From the NCBI GenBank assembly GCA_000004985.1, contig GG738848.1: DNA of 64,000 nucleotides, one strand, 5' to 3'. Shown here piece after piece: positions 1-13,400 of the stretch. The notes beneath the pieces are model-generated. The model had not been told where the DNA came from. It saw nothing but the letters and a program-made list of their open reading frames with translations, and did not search any database. The position numbers and the translations under genes are program-made. The first letter of the stretch is position 1. Each line of letters starts with the position of its first letter. The stretch comes from Naegleria gruberi (lineage: Eukaryota).

Positions 1-1002
1 CACCTCACAACCAACTTGTTTAGCAAATGGTTTTCCAAGATTTTCAGTGGCATCATCAATCATTCTCATTGGTAATACCAAGGGATTACTTTCTATAATG
101 ACCTTTGAAAAAAGACCCTTACTTGCAGGACTAACTAAATGAGCAGTTGTTGAGCTAGCTCCAGCTGATTGACCTCCAATGGTTACTTGTTTAGGATCAC
201 CTCCAAATGCAGCAATATTATTTTGAATCCATTGTAATAATTGCAATTGATCAGTAAATCCATAATTGCCTTCCATTCCTGCTTTTGAGTTGACCAACCA
301 TCCCAAAGCTCCCAAACGATAAGAACCAACAATTATAATGATATTTGTCTTGTTTGCAATGTAAGTTCCATCATAGAGTATAACATCAGGTCCACCTTGC
401 TATTTTTTTTCATTGAATATTATTTTACAAAATTAAATAGTTAAATATTTAAATAGTTAAATAGTTTACAAACCTCAAAATGACCACCAGGTAAAAAAAC
501 ATAAACAGGAACAAGTTGATCCCTGATAGTATCAATCCTAGGAGTAAATAGATCAATAAATAGACAATCTTCACTCTGAGTTGACGGACAAGTTAAGGGA
601 GGTAATTCACATCGTTGCGGGCATGCTAATTGATGATAATATTCGAAAGTTAATAGATTAGTATGACATACCTGGGGTTGGGATTGTGTTATTTGCATAA
701 AAGATTCCATCATGTTTACCAATTGGTTGTGATGGTTGGAATCTCAACTTTCCAATAGGTGGTTTCGAATAACGAATTCCTGTGAAAGCTCTGGCAGTTA
801 TTTGATATTCAGGAAATGATGAGATGAAACCCTTGTATTTACCGAGAGGAGATGTTACAATCAATTCATCTTGATCACTACATTTTACTTGTTGATGATT
901 CGAATAAATGATCAATAAGAATCCCAGTAGAATGCACAGTGCAAGATTAGTTTTCATGTATTTTTTTTTTGAGAATGAAGAGTTTGAAATTTCACGAGAC
1001 AT
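1..1002 (-). CDS. Carboxylesterase type B / cholinesterase-like secreted alpha/beta hydrolase. Partial: the C-terminal part lies beyond the window start.
   Basis: Minus-strand ORFs 658-1002 and 441-722, plus an open frame at 1-399, join through two GT-AG introns. Exons are 1002 (or ATG 957)..672, 625..474 and 399..1; introns are 46 and 74 nt. Motifs seen: signal-like MKTNLALCILLGFLLI, FTGIRYSKPPIGKLRF, EDCLFIDLFTP, VFLPGGHFE|QGG. The nucleophile elbow GGQSAGASS (GxSxG) was read from the reverse complement near 150-180. Confidence 0.85.
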
Positions 1003-1390
1003 CTTTTTTCATGTCAACGAGAGCGGAGTGAAAATCTTAGCAAGGCCCACAAATCTGAATCAAAGTTTACAACATGAATTCATCCATTTTCATTGCCTCC
1101 TTACAACCATTACAATATGACCATTGAATCAAGAATAATCTCCAATCGATTAAAGCATATCAATACTCTATTTTAGGTAATAAAAATTTATTTCTCTCTC
1201 CCCAAAATCACTTGAGGAGAATCTTTAAACATCAATAACAGTAATTGCAATTCAGAGGAGGATTCGCATCTATCCTTATAAGCTGTTCGAATTTCAAGGA
1301 AAAATTCAAAAATCACTCACTCTCTTAGTCCATAGTAAGAAGAGATAACATCAAGTCAACCAAAAATATTATAACCAAAAAAGTAAAGAA

Positions 1391-1909
1391 TCACTCCTTA
1401 AAATTTCCTCCATTCCAATTCATATTTCTACAGAGGAGAGAGGCGCTGCTTAATCGCTTTCTACTACTGTTGCTTGCTGATTGCATGTGTAGAAAGAAGG
1501 GATATCTTCTACGAGGGTTGTTTGATAGATTGGATTGGAAGGAGGGCAATGTTTTGGTTTGGAGAGGCAGCTTCTGAATGGTGGATGGTTGATCTTCTTG
1601 TTTGGATGAGTGAGAGTTGTCAGAACAAGCAAGAGTGGATGAAGAAACATCTCTTGTCGATGATTGTATCTTGAGACTGTCGTTATCTGTTGATGTAATT
1701 TGAGATTGAGCATCAACAGCAACATGTTTTTGGAGTGATTTAAAATTGGTATCCAATGTAACAAGATGAGGGTATGGATGATAGGCGAGTGAATTATTGT
1801 TACTCCTTTTCATTTCAAAATGTTGATTCAGGTCTGGAACTAGACTATGATAGACATTTTCAAGGAAGCCAATAATGAGCTGAAAAAGAGAGAAGAGTAA
1901 TGCAAACAT
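1391..1909 (-). CDS. Hypothetical Ser-rich protein with a hydrophobic N-terminus (possible signal or anchor)
   Basis: ORF 1391-1957. The listed first 'M' is TTG. The first real ATG is at 1909 (MFALLFSLFQLIIGF), preceded by an A-run. No recognisable domain. Confidence 0.35.
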   Translation of the reverse strand: MFALLFSLFQLIIGFLENVYHSLVPDLNQHFEMKRSNNNSLAYHPYPHLVTLDTNFKSLQKHVAVDAQSQITSTDNDSLKIQSSTRDVSSSTLACSDNSHSSKQEDQPSTIQKLPLQTKTLPSFQSNLSNNPRRRYPFFLHMQSASNSSRKRLSSASLLCRNMNWNGGNFKE

Positions 1910-2072
1910 TTTTTTCTGAATGGTATTGTTGCTTTTCAGTTTTTGTGAGGAGACCAAAGAGCTACTTGGGAGGAGACTAGTCTACTACGATTTTGAATGG
2001 ACATTGGTCTTTAAGGATATAAAAAGAAATAATGGGTAGGGTTTATTTTGGGAAGTAGTTATGATAGTGGAT

Positions 2073-3120
2073 TTATTCTTTAACTTCAAAGCTTGGGTCG
2101 ATTTTCTTAATTCTATCTCTCAATTCTTTGAGTTCTTCATTCTTGGTCTTGACGATATTCATCATGTTTTGGAATTGAGAAGTTTGATTAACCTTGAGAG
2201 TTAATTCATTTTGAGCGGTGGCGATATCCTTCTTCAGATTATCAACAGCCTTTTCAATTTCCTTCTTTTCAGCTTCGCACTTGTCGAGAGATTGTTTGAG
2301 GGATTCCAAACTGGCCTTCAAATTGGAATTTTCATCTTGTTGGGCTTTTGATTGGGTAGATAATTGTTCAATACTGCTCTTTAATTCAGCCTTTTCTTGT
2401 TCTTCCTTTGGATCGACGGTTCCTTCAACCTTATGCTTCAATCTTGTTAATTCATCTGTGGTCTTGTTCAAAGTATCGGTGATTTCAGTCTTTGCCTTCA
2501 TCATTTCATTGTATGCCTTTTGAAGGGAGGTTAATTGATCTCTCATTTGATCATTTTCCTTTTTCAATTTGAGAGTATCATCACCACCTGCTGGTTTAAG
2601 AGATGGGAGCTTATTTCCGCTTGTTGGAACAGTCTTTGGAAACATGGCAGTTTCAATTTTTGCCATTTCCTTCAATGTTTCTCTATTAATGTATTATTGA
2701 AAATTAAATTGTTAATTAGAATTAAATTATATTCAATAAATCCAAATAATAATTATTAAATACCTACTCGTCTTCAATACTTGAAATATCAACTTTGAGT
2801 TTAAATCCAGCCTGATCAGCCTCAGAGAAAACTTGTCTTAATAATTCAATGGATGTATGGCTGGCATATTGTGTTTCCGATTTAATTGTAGTCTTGACTA
2901 CCGTTTCCACTGCGTCAATAATATTCTTAACCTCTAATAAACTATATTGGTTATCCAACAATCTACTATCCTTAATATCTTGAATACCTCTAGAAACTTC
3001 CTTGAGGTGCAAGTCAGTCTTGTGATGAGTAAACTTGATGTAACTCTTGACAACTTCCCTATAGTGATCAGAGAGACCGTCCAAAAGAAGAGATTCTTCA
3101 ATAGCTTCTTGAGAAGACAT
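2073..3120 (-). CDS. LZTFL1: Leucine zipper transcription factor-like 1 (LZTFL1)-like coiled-coil protein; the family is a BBSome/ciliary trafficking regulator
   Basis: Two exons, 3120..2768 and 2682..2073, with an 85-nt GTAGGT...AG intron. Total 960 nt, in frame. The real ATG is at 3120; the listed start is TTG. By eye it resembles LZTFL1: DIKDSRLLDNQYSLLEV, LLRQVFSEADQ..LKLKVDISSIEDE, and a C-terminal QFQNMMNIVKTKNEELKELRDRIKKIDP. Confidence 0.8.
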
Positions 3121-3553
3121 GTTGTTATACAAAAGAGAGAATGTAAAAGAGTTTTAAAAGGCTTTTTTTTTGTAGTTGAATAATAATTCAGAGACCCCAC
3201 GGCCATACACAGCTAATACAATGAAACCTCTCCAACCCTCAAACATTTTAATAAATCACTATCATCATCACACATTGAGCAAGTTATTATTGGTGGTGCT
3301 TGCTGCTAACATGGAGTGATGCAAGAGATCGAATAATATAATACGGAATGGTTTATTTGCTCATATAGAATTTCAATGCACCTCATGAGCATTACAATGA
3401 ACATCAATAAATCATCATTCACAATCAATAATTTAATATTAAATTTGCATTGTTCTTATCATAAATTCCATCAAATATCTTTCCACTATCATTGGTGAAG
3501 CAATCAGACACAATCTGTAGATACGAATTGGCGCCAAAACATTAAAAGAAAAA

Positions 3554-5641
3554 ATGTCTACAGCTGGCTCTCATCGTTCTCTCAGCGCAATGTCTAAGGA
3601 AAGTGCTGTAGGAACCACATCAGGTAGTAATTCAAAGCAATCCTCACAGGCTAATTTAAAACAAAGTAAATCACAACGTTCTATTATATCAGTCAAGACA
3701 ATTCCATCAATAATATCAACATCAGGGGACAAGACGAATGGAGAAAACGATGAAGGAGAATTGGATAGGACAACATCAATATCAACAGTTGGATTTGAAG
3801 ATAGCTTGGAAATAATAACGGAAAATGGAGCTACTGCTTTGGACGCCTTATTTACAAAAATAAGAAATTCTATTTATTTGGATTATTCTGAGGAGAGGAA
3901 TCGAGTTAGATTCAGAAATCAATTCATGAATCATGTCAGAGATGTATATAGAAAAATGATTTTGAAAGAGGATTGTAAAATACCAAGAATTGAAAAATTA
4001 GAGGAGGAAGGTAATTGGTCAGGAGGTGCAGCTCTGGAAATTAAAAGCACACTGTTTGCTGACATTGAATATAACCTTACGAGAGAAATTGAAAGTAATA
4101 AGCTATTGAGGGATCCTAAACCAGTAGAGTAAGTAGCTGGGTTTTTATTGTAATTAATGACAACTGAATTAGAGATATAATGTTAATGATTGCAAACAAA
4201 ATGTCACGGGATTATACACTAGATATGATCTCCTCTAAATATCTGAGAGAAGTTGACTTGTCATCATCCAAGATACAAAGCATAGACTCTGACTTTACTA
4301 AAATATGTACAAATTTAGAGATTCTGGGATTGTCTTTCAACAAGCTTAATTCTATCACAAGACTCCCAGCCAATATTTTTGGAGTAAATGCCTACTCGAA
4401 CATAATAACTAAAAGCATACCACTTGCATCTTTTGGAAATTTAATACACCTTGGATTGGGATATAATAGGCTCACCGACTTGTCGTTCTTGAATGAGTGC
4501 GAACAGTTGGCTTCCCTGGATGTGAGCTTTAATGACCTTGATAACTTAGAAAGTACTATTGGAATACTATCAAAATTACCCAAACTAATGTCGTTAAATA
4601 TGCAAGGAAACTGCTTCTGCATGTTTGACAGTTACAGAGGCGCTGTGCTAACAAATGTGCCTCAAATCAAATTATTGGATAATGATGAACTCAATGAAGA
4701 TCAAAGAAGGCGATATATGGAGTTATTTAAAGGGTTCGAAGGAGAAAAGAGTAAGTTTTTGAAATCGATCAATGATGTTTACTCTTATTAGAATCAAAGA
4801 TTATTGTCACATTATCACCACTTGTTGGGTTGAATTTTGATGAGGAAATCAAATTTGTTGAGGATGAAAATTCAGCCAATGTTGATAAGAACGGAAAAAA
4901 GACTCCTGTTAAGAGAGCTCCTTCTGCAAAGAAGAAGGCTACCAATTCAAAGAAACCTGCTGAAATCACATTCATCAAGTGTGTGTATTATGTAGTGAAA
5001 TTCTTATGGCCTGAAGATCCTGAACAAGATTTTAAAAAGACAATTGAATCCAATCCAATTTACTTACCAGACCCTGATCCAAAATCAAACTCAAGACTAG
5101 TTAATTTAGATTTTAAAGATTTATTCGAGTTTCAAATAACTGAAAAGTCAATCGGTGTTAAGCATCATTTAGAAAGTAGGTTCCTCTTTCCTTGATTTTT
5201 TAATATTTACTCATTATTTTAGAGCCAGTGAGCTTTTATGTAGAGCGAATTGTTTCCAACATTCAAGAGGACGATGAAACAAATAGAACTGAATTTTCGA
5301 GAGATTTACTTGGAATTTTAATTGCAAAATTTGATTTACTTTGGGAAAGAGGATTCACATTACCAGATCCAATACCGGATGAAGATGAATCATCCAAGAC
5401 TGGAGATGAATTAAAAGCTCTCATGAAAAATCAATGGGAGCAAAAGAACAAACTTCAAAATGACATTTCAACAGAATCTCAATCCAACCTTTCTCTTGGT
5501 GTGTCAATAACTCTGCCAAGTGAAATATGGGATAATTATGAAAAGGATTGGAAGGATCCAAAAAAGAGAAAGCAAGCCAGAGCCAATACTCTTAAAGCAA
5601 ATCAACAAAAAAGACCAACCTCCAACACACCAAAGAAATAA
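3554..5641 (+). CDS. Leucine-rich-repeat protein (SDS22-like LRRs) with an uncharacterised C-terminal region
   Basis: Four ORFs join in frame through GT-AG introns of 44, 41 and 47 nt. Exons are 3554..4128, 4173..4750, 4792..5175 and 5223..5641, totalling 1956 nt (652 codons). LRR units include LEILGLSFNKLNSI, LIHLGLGYNRLTDL, LASLDVSFNDLDNL and LMSLNMQGNCF. Confidence 0.7.
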
Positions 5642-5683
5642 ATCCATTCTCTCTCTTTTTCAATTATTTCAAATAATAAAAAA

Positions 5684-6016
5684 ATGGTAAGTGCAATCAG
5701 CAAACAACTTGTCCAAATCATCACAGTCCAAAAAACTTTCGGAACAAGATATCAATATTTACAGATTAATGTTTGAAAAGATTGATTCAGATAAATCAGG
5801 AACCATTGATCGTACCGAGTTATTTTCAATGATGAAGGAATTGACTGAAGGAAAGATTTCCGAAACTGATGTTGATGCCATGATGAAGGGTAAGTTGTAT
5901 TCTTCGTTAAATATGAAAATAATATTATAAATTAATTGATTTTTAAAGATGCTGATGTTGATCAAGATGGGCGAATTGATTTTGAAGAATTTGTCAAGCA
6001 AATGGAAAAGTTCTAA
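5684..6016 (+). CDS. Small two-EF-hand calcium-binding protein (77 aa)
   Basis: Exons 5684..5686 (ATG only), 5727..5889 and 5949..6016; introns are 40 and 59 nt (GTAAGT donors). Canonical loops DSDKSGTIDRTE and DVDQDGRIDFEE. Total 234 nt, in frame. Confidence 0.7.
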
Positions 6017-6199
6017 ATAAAGTTGATGTGTTAGGATTTGCTGAATCCTTCTCTGAACATAATTGACCGATCAAAAATGAAGTGGTTGGAATTTAATAAA
6101 TTTATTGATTTTTTCATAGTTGATTTTGGTTCTGCTGAATTGATTGGCGCAACAGAATTAGACGGAGCAAGATAATCCTAACAAATCAAGTGAAATGAT

Positions 6200-6965
6200 T
6201 CAAATAATAATTTCCAGAAAATCACAATGATCACATCTCAAGGAAACAAATTCCATTCCAGCTCTTTTTTCTACCACCACCTCAGGTGCTAATTTAAAAC
6301 AATTGTTTTGGTCAATTCTACCACAAATTACTTACTTTTATCACATTCCTTTCCATGATCTCCATAACAATCAATCAATTGTTGTGATATGTATTTTATT
6401 GACAATCCATTTGACTATATATTGTGAAAGTATGTTAGAAATTTAAATTCAAAAAAACACAAACAGAAGTAGGAACCCGAAGACCACATTTACAAAAGAG
6501 TGAATGTTTGGTTTCGAGTAAATGATTCTTCTTACACAAAGGACATAAATATACGGACTTTTCATAGTAATCTATTAATTGTTGTAAATCTTCAGCTTCC
6601 AAAGCTTCTTCCTCTTCAAATTGTTTTAAATGATTTTCCTCTTCCTCTCTCCATTCATTTTCAATTTCATTTCCTATCTGTACAAGTAAATCAAAATATT
6701 CATCATCGGACATGGATCCCTTCTCCTCTGCAAATATTCTTTCCATTTCTGTTTTACAAGCTTGAATATATTCATCATGGAGAGCCAAATTTTCATCATT
6801 AGAATTTGAAAAGGGATCCCGAATCATATTTTGTAATTGTCTTCTCTTTTCCTTTACATTTTCGATGGCTCTCTTCTTGATGATATTTTTATATTCGGTC
6901 TTTTTAACCTTGATCGATGCTTCTCTGGAGAGATGATGATTTCCATTGTCTTGATAATTAAACAT
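6200..6965 (-). CDS. RPAIN: RPA-interacting protein (RPAIN/RIP)-like zinc-ribbon protein
   Basis: Exons 6965..6465, 6414..6336 and 6288..6200; introns are 49 and 46 nt. Total 669 nt (222 aa). LCPLCKKNHLLETKHSLFCKCGLRVPTS and the C-terminal SLRCDHCDFLEIII match the RPAIN pattern (CPVC...CQCGL...C..C). Confidence 0.75.
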
Positions 6966-7242
6966 TTTTTTTTAATTTTATTGAATTTCTTGTTGTTTTT
7001 GAAATTCCAATATTTGGCGGAATTGACAAATATAAGATTCATCCAGAGTTTTTAACAATCTTCCTCACCATCTCTTAGGACTTGGAATGAACAATTTATA
7101 TATATATGGATGCCTATTGTTATTCGGTTTATATATGTCTTAATCAGTACAATATTGCCACACATACAAATAAGTCAAAGACACTTGGTTTTTTTGGACT
7201 CGGTCGCTGTAAAAAACATTGTTTGGTTACATAGATACTTAT

Positions 7243-9196
7243 TTACTTCTTCCTCTTTACAAAGCTTACGGTTAGGTCGTTTTCAGTTGCCAATTGTTTT
7301 GGAGTTTGTGAGGTTTTATCCTTTATCTTTTCACTTGCTCCTGATTGATACAAGAATCCACACAATCTCTCGGCAGTATTCTTTTCTTTCAGTCTGCAGG
7401 CGCAGTGGAGTGGTGTTTCACCCTTATCATTTTGTACATTCATACTGTCCTTACTGAGGAGAGTTAAGAGTAAATTAACAGTCTTGATGTTTGCATTTTG
7501 TACTGCCAAGTGGAGTGGTGTGTTACCAGTAGCGTCTTGTTCCTTCATCAATGCTGCACATTGGGTTGGATTCAAAAATGCAAGTCTGTTAATGAGTGGA
7601 TCGGTTCCTGTAACAGCTGCTTGATGGAGAATGTTTTGTTTCTTATCATCTCTTGAAGCAGGACCAAATACAACAGCTGGATTCGTATTTGTGAGAATAT
7701 ATTCTACAATGTTAATGTGTCCACTTGCTGCTGCTCTCATAATTGGTGTTCTACCAAACTTGTCCTTAGAGTTTATCAAAACCTTATTACCTGTTTGAGA
7801 TGAAGCCATTCCTCCCGATGAATTAACTTCAGCAGATTCACTAACTAAAAATTTGACTGAATTCAATCGTCCAGCTTCGCAAGCCATGTGTAAAATTGTT
7901 GAACCGTCAGTTGTCTTGAAATTGTAATCTCCTTCAAATTGTCCACACATTACTTGGGCAGCTTTGAAACCATGTTGAGCACTTTGCAAATCTCCAATTT
8001 CCTCATCAATAAATGCCTTATTGAAAAGCAATTGCAAAGGACTCTTTCCAAACTTATCTCTAATGTTAATCTTTGATTTGAGTTGACAAAGAATTGAAAT
8101 AGCATCGTAACCTCTATGATTACAAGCATAGTGGAGCGGTGTCGATTCAGATTCATCTGGAGCCATTATGTTACACTTGTATTTTGAGACGAGTAAAAAG
8201 ATTAATGATGATCTGTTATATTTTGCACATTGATGGAGAAGGAATGATCTTGGTTTCTCCTTATCTCTTAATTTACGTACTTCTTTATCTGTCCAAGAGA
8301 AGAATTCTTTCATTTCCTCATTACCTTCCTCCTTCAGTTTGGCACACATTTCAAGATATTGAGTAATGAACTCGTCAAACATGTCAGAACAAGTGTGGTC
8401 ATCATAACCATCAATATTTTTAACAAACTTTCTCAAGACATAGTGATATAACATTGAAGGTTTGATTTGAGTCATATCAGAAACGTCTTCGAAAGGTTCA
8501 GTTTCGGTTTCATCCTCTGCAGTTTCTACAACATCAACTACAGCATCAACAAGAGCATCCAATCCAGGTGTTGTTGGAGTACTACATTCATCCAAATTGC
8601 TCAACTATTATATATCATATGCAAATTCAATTAAATTCAATCATCATTACCGTTAATTAATTAAACAATAACAATAAACTTACTGATGGATTTGAAGGAA
8701 TTGGAGGTAATGGTCTTTGTTGATAGGATAATGATTGGGGAGATTCACTACCTGCCAAAGCCGATGATGATGAATTACTAGATGAAGACAATGGAGTTTC
8801 CTCTTCTGTAGCAAAAACAGGTTCAGAATCTTCATAACCTTCATATTTCTCTTGATTTTCCAATGCAAAATCTGTCATTGAATGATTTCTTTGGAAAGGT
8901 AAAGTTGGTGTTGAATGACTACTCTCTAACGCTGTAGGTACTGTTGGACTTTCTCCAGTTGAAGATGAATCATCTGAATATCTATTCGAATTATGTGGAT
9001 TTGGAAGAGAGGCACGAACACCAGGATTATTCAAACCAGAAGAACTTGTACTCGATGAGGTTGATGGTTTTGTAGCAGTGCCAGAAGTTACCTTTTTCTT
9101 CTTTGGTTTTCCATTCATAAATGTTTGTTTAAATAAATTCCATGATGAAGTTGTTGTTGAAGTTGGATAATAATTAGGATCGTTATATCTCGACAT
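7243..9196 (-). CDS. Ankyrin-repeat protein with a Ser/Thr-rich, PxxP-containing N-terminus
   Basis: Exons 9196..8684 and 8604..7243, with a 78-nt GTAAGT...TAG intron (624 aa). The listed start of ORF 7243-8604 is TTG, lying directly after the acceptor. Multiple ANK units are present (TPLHYACNHRGYDAISIL, GRTPIMRAAASGHINIVEYIL, GNTPLHLAVQNANIKTVNLLL, GETPLHCACR). RPLPPIPSNPS is SH3-ligand-like. Confidence 0.8.
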
Positions 9197-10429
9197 TTTG
9201 TTCTAGTCAAATAGAGAGTGAGTAGGTCAAGAGAGAGAGTGGAAATTCGGAAGTGATATATGACTCAATCACAAGCAGAGAGTGTTGTGGTTGGTGGTAG
9301 TTTAAATTGTACAAGCCTTGATTGGTTTTATAAAAATACAAAAGAGTTTTTTCAATAGACAGAGAATTTGATATGTGCTACTACTACTATTGAGTTGTAA
9401 AGTATACTGGCACTTGTCAAAATAGTGTTGAGTCTTTTTTTCTAGTTCGTGGGCTGGATAATGAGCTGCTGCTGAACCTCGAAACAACATCAACACAAAC
9501 ATTCGCATCACAAATAGGTGGGTTTCACTTCGATGGACGTTTGGTGTCTAAAAAGATCTTTGATGGGAAAGCGTTCACATTTTAAGAAGAACGTATCAAG
9601 CCTTATGATGGGTTATTGAGAGGACGTTTGTCAGATTAAGCAGTAGGTTTCGTTTGTGTGCAACAACAAGTGAAATCATTGCCTTTTGCTAATCAGCATG
9701 AAACTGTTAAACGAAAGAAGAGGCAATTACATTGTGTTGTATGTTGCAGTTTTACTTTCAGTTTGGTGAAGAGGGGTTGTGTATTGTAGCCTTTGATATT
9801 TACTTTGTCTTTGCATTCTTCGTTATTCGACCACTCTCTTCGTTTCCTTTCAAATGTAAAAAATCGCAAAGTGCATTTGCTATTCCAACTCATCAGACAA
9901 CCGATAAATATTCATTCAACATTTTATCATCATCAAGTTTGTGTTAATTTACAGTTATACAAATATGTTTGTTTTAATTCCATATTGCAAGCTGCATTTT
10001 CAACTAATAAGAAGACACAAAAAGCACAGAAAAATTGAGAGAATTGGCCGAGGTTGTGTTTTGGGCGTTTTTTAATGATGATCTGATTGCTTAGCAACTA
10101 GGTGTGAACACGCTCAGCGTGGAATGAAAAAAGTGAACGAAAATTTCGCTTAGTCACAATAGGTTGGCTCATGAGCCAAATTTATATTTATAGGACAAAG
10201 GTTCTACATCCTTATTTAAACAATAACACTTGTTGTTAAGGAGAAGAATCCCCCATGTAAGGTCGTGTATCTAACCACCGCCATATTTGATATTGCTGGT
10301 TTTTTATGATGCATTGTCCCTTAACAGCGCAGTGGGAAGGGTGTGCTTGCCAACTTTAAACCAGCCTTAAAAAACAACTCGAAAACAAACTTTCATCTCA
10401 TAATAACAACAACCTTCTAGAATAGTGCC

Positions 10430-13400
10430 ATGAATTCTAGAAACATCTACAGCAACAATGCAGGGTCGGTTGTTGGCTCAGATAGTTCTCAAGAATCACA
10501 CAATACTTCCAGCACAAATTCTTCATCATTTCAACACAAAATACGAGTGGAAGTCTTTAACTTTTTCTTTGCCTCACAGAATGTATCTAAAAAGCAAGGA
10601 GGTAAACGATTTTTTGCAATCCTATTATTGTACATACTAATTTATTGGAGTTATATATGGCTTCCTGTATTAAGCCCACAAGATTTTCACTTTGGTGCTT
10701 GGGGTTCATGGATATTTTCAGTATTTAACTATACAACAAGTTTATCAATGGATTTACTTCCGTATGAAGGAGCAATTGCTGTGGCTAGTATAACCATGAC
10801 TTTTATTGCAATAACCGTTTGTATTACTATTATTACTCTGTGGGCTGTAAAGTCTACTTCTCAATACATTAAGAAGATTCAAATGATTCTTCACATCAAT
10901 GCCTACTTAATAATAGTACTCTCTGCTCCTATAATATTTATTTTGACTAGTTTTGTGGATTGTGATTATGGATACAACCCAAGAGAATCATTGATAAATT
11001 TTGTATCTCACCATGCTAATGGTACTTCAATAAGTTCAACAGCAACTCTCACACCCATGCTCAACAGATTTACAAGCATGGAATGTTATTCAACAAATAA
11101 CATCATCTTGATGGCTGTCACCCTCTCATTCATTGCCTTATATTTTGTATTGTGTGTATTGGCCAACTTTTTGGTACCAAATTCACATCCATTAAGCTTT
11201 GCCCCAATGATAACGGAGGGTTACATCTTTCCTATTGGTATGAGTTTGGGAAATTGCATTGGAATTTTGGTACATTTCCTCATACCAGCAGAGTATGCTT
11301 TTGTGAGGTCTATTGTACATTTAGTATATGGCATGTGCATGCTTGTTGTTATTATGAAGAGTTTGCCAATGTATAGAAGATATGAAAACACAATTGTATG
11401 TGGAGTGGTATGCGCAAGATTTGGCACATCAATAGGAAGTATCATTTCCTTTTTTGTAAATGCATCGAACACTGCTGAAATTGGTATTGGAATGTGGGCT
11501 TTAACAACAGGACTGGCTGTTGGATTGGGTTTAGTGGGAGCTGTATCTATGGATATTTATACTCGTTACGTAATTTACTTTATCAAAACTAGATATATCT
11601 TATCAGTAAGATCATCTGATAGATCACTTGAAAAGGAAGCAACAAATATTTATTTCAAATTGGAAGAGGATGGAACCATGTACAAAATGATGTTATATAT
11701 GAGATTTGTTTTAATGAGATATGCTAGAACAAAGACAGAGGAATTAGAAGACAAGTACGACTTGGTTGCATTGATTTCATTCATTAGAGGAATAAGCTCT
11801 CAAAAGTGCTTCAGCGATATTGAACTGTTATCTATGGCTGGAACACTTGTTGGTTATCTGATGGTTGATGAAATGCACTCTTCATATTTTGCTCAAGCTT
11901 TGCTAAAGAGGGCTCTTAAACAGCGACCAGATGTCTATAAAAGATTCCTCATTCATCAAAGATTAAGGGAAGTAGAATTAACAGGTGCTGATGATGTTAA
12001 GGGAAGTAGAACCGTGCTTGAGTTGAAATCTATAATGCTCAATATTCAAAAATATATTACTGAACTCACTTCGTTACATCGTCACTTCTGGAAGGAATTG
12101 ATGCAGGAAATTGTGAACTATGAAAAGGCAGAAAATATAGTTGCAAGATGCTCTGTTATCAACCATGAATTAGATTCCATGTTCGACAACATTTTATCAC
12201 TGTACTATAATGACAAAACTGTACTGAGAACTTATGCCAGCTATTTAGAAAATTTCAAATTCAACAAAGAGCTTGCCAATGAATATTACACAGAAGCATC
12301 AAGTTTGGAAGAAGAAGAATCAAGGATTCCTCTCGCTCAAAAAGGTAATAGAAGGACAAAGAACAAGGTATTCCCAGATGTTCAGGAAAGTGTGGACATA
12401 TCTAAAAAGCTAGGCCCAAAAGGTTTGGCCGTTGGTAGAAGTGTTGCATTTGAAAATTTGGAAACAGCAAGTTACTTGTCTAGCAATATGGATTTTAATG
12501 GGGTTGAGAATGCTAATGCTGATACAAAGAGAGAAATTGGGTTTAGAAATGCCCTTTCTCTTCCTGATTCACACACCATTCACATTATTACTTTCGTTTT
12601 CTTTATTGTATTTGCTTTCATATTATTAGTTGTTGGTTTGGTTATTGGCTTACAATTCTCCAAAGGTGTAACAATGAATGTTGTTAATGTAATTGAAGCT
12701 TGCTCTCCAATATGCGCCTTGAGCAATGTTTTACAATCTGTTCGAGCATTCCAAATGCATTCAATGTTCAACTCTACCCTTGGCTCTTCCAATATTCCAT
12801 TAACTTTAACATCAGAGTCCTACATTGATTTGGCAAATACTAAGATTTTAGTTTCCAAATTCAAAGATATTCTTGTAAATCTGCAACAAAAAGCCTACAA
12901 TGCCAAGTTCGATGGAACTGTTTATTCAAATTATCATGAGGTTTACAGTGAAATTTACATGCCAAACATTGGTGATGATTCAAAATTTTATAACCACACT
13001 ACAAAGATCAATGTGACAGTGACAGATGTAACCAATACCCTTATTAAGATTTCTGATCAAATTATCAATTCAAAGGAAAATGATATAACTAAAACACTGA
13101 ACAGTTATGGATTCATGTTCCTTTACATCAATCATGAATCAATTACAGACATATATGACAAATTTTGTAATATCTTTACTGATTCTGCCAAGACTGAGGC
13201 CCTAGCAATCAACAATATCTTCACGATATATATTTCTGTGTCTCTGGCCACGTTTATATTGTGTGGAGCACTTTACATGATATTCTCAAGAAAGGAATTG
13301 ACAGTTGTTAGGGAGCAAATCAAACTCATTCAACATAATGTTTCCAAGAATGAAATTGGTAAATTATTCCATGATTTGGGTAAAAAAGTTGGTGACGAGG

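Noticed and set aside
7110-7457. Plus-strand ORF of 115 aa overlapping the 3' end of the ankyrin gene
   Set aside because: It has no motifs and overlaps a well-supported minus-strand coding region.
9302-10038. Several 66-81 aa ORFs in the 1.2-kb intergenic region
   Set aside because: They are short, mutually overlapping and lack the A-rich ATG context and any motifs. I treat them as non-coding promoter/UTR DNA.
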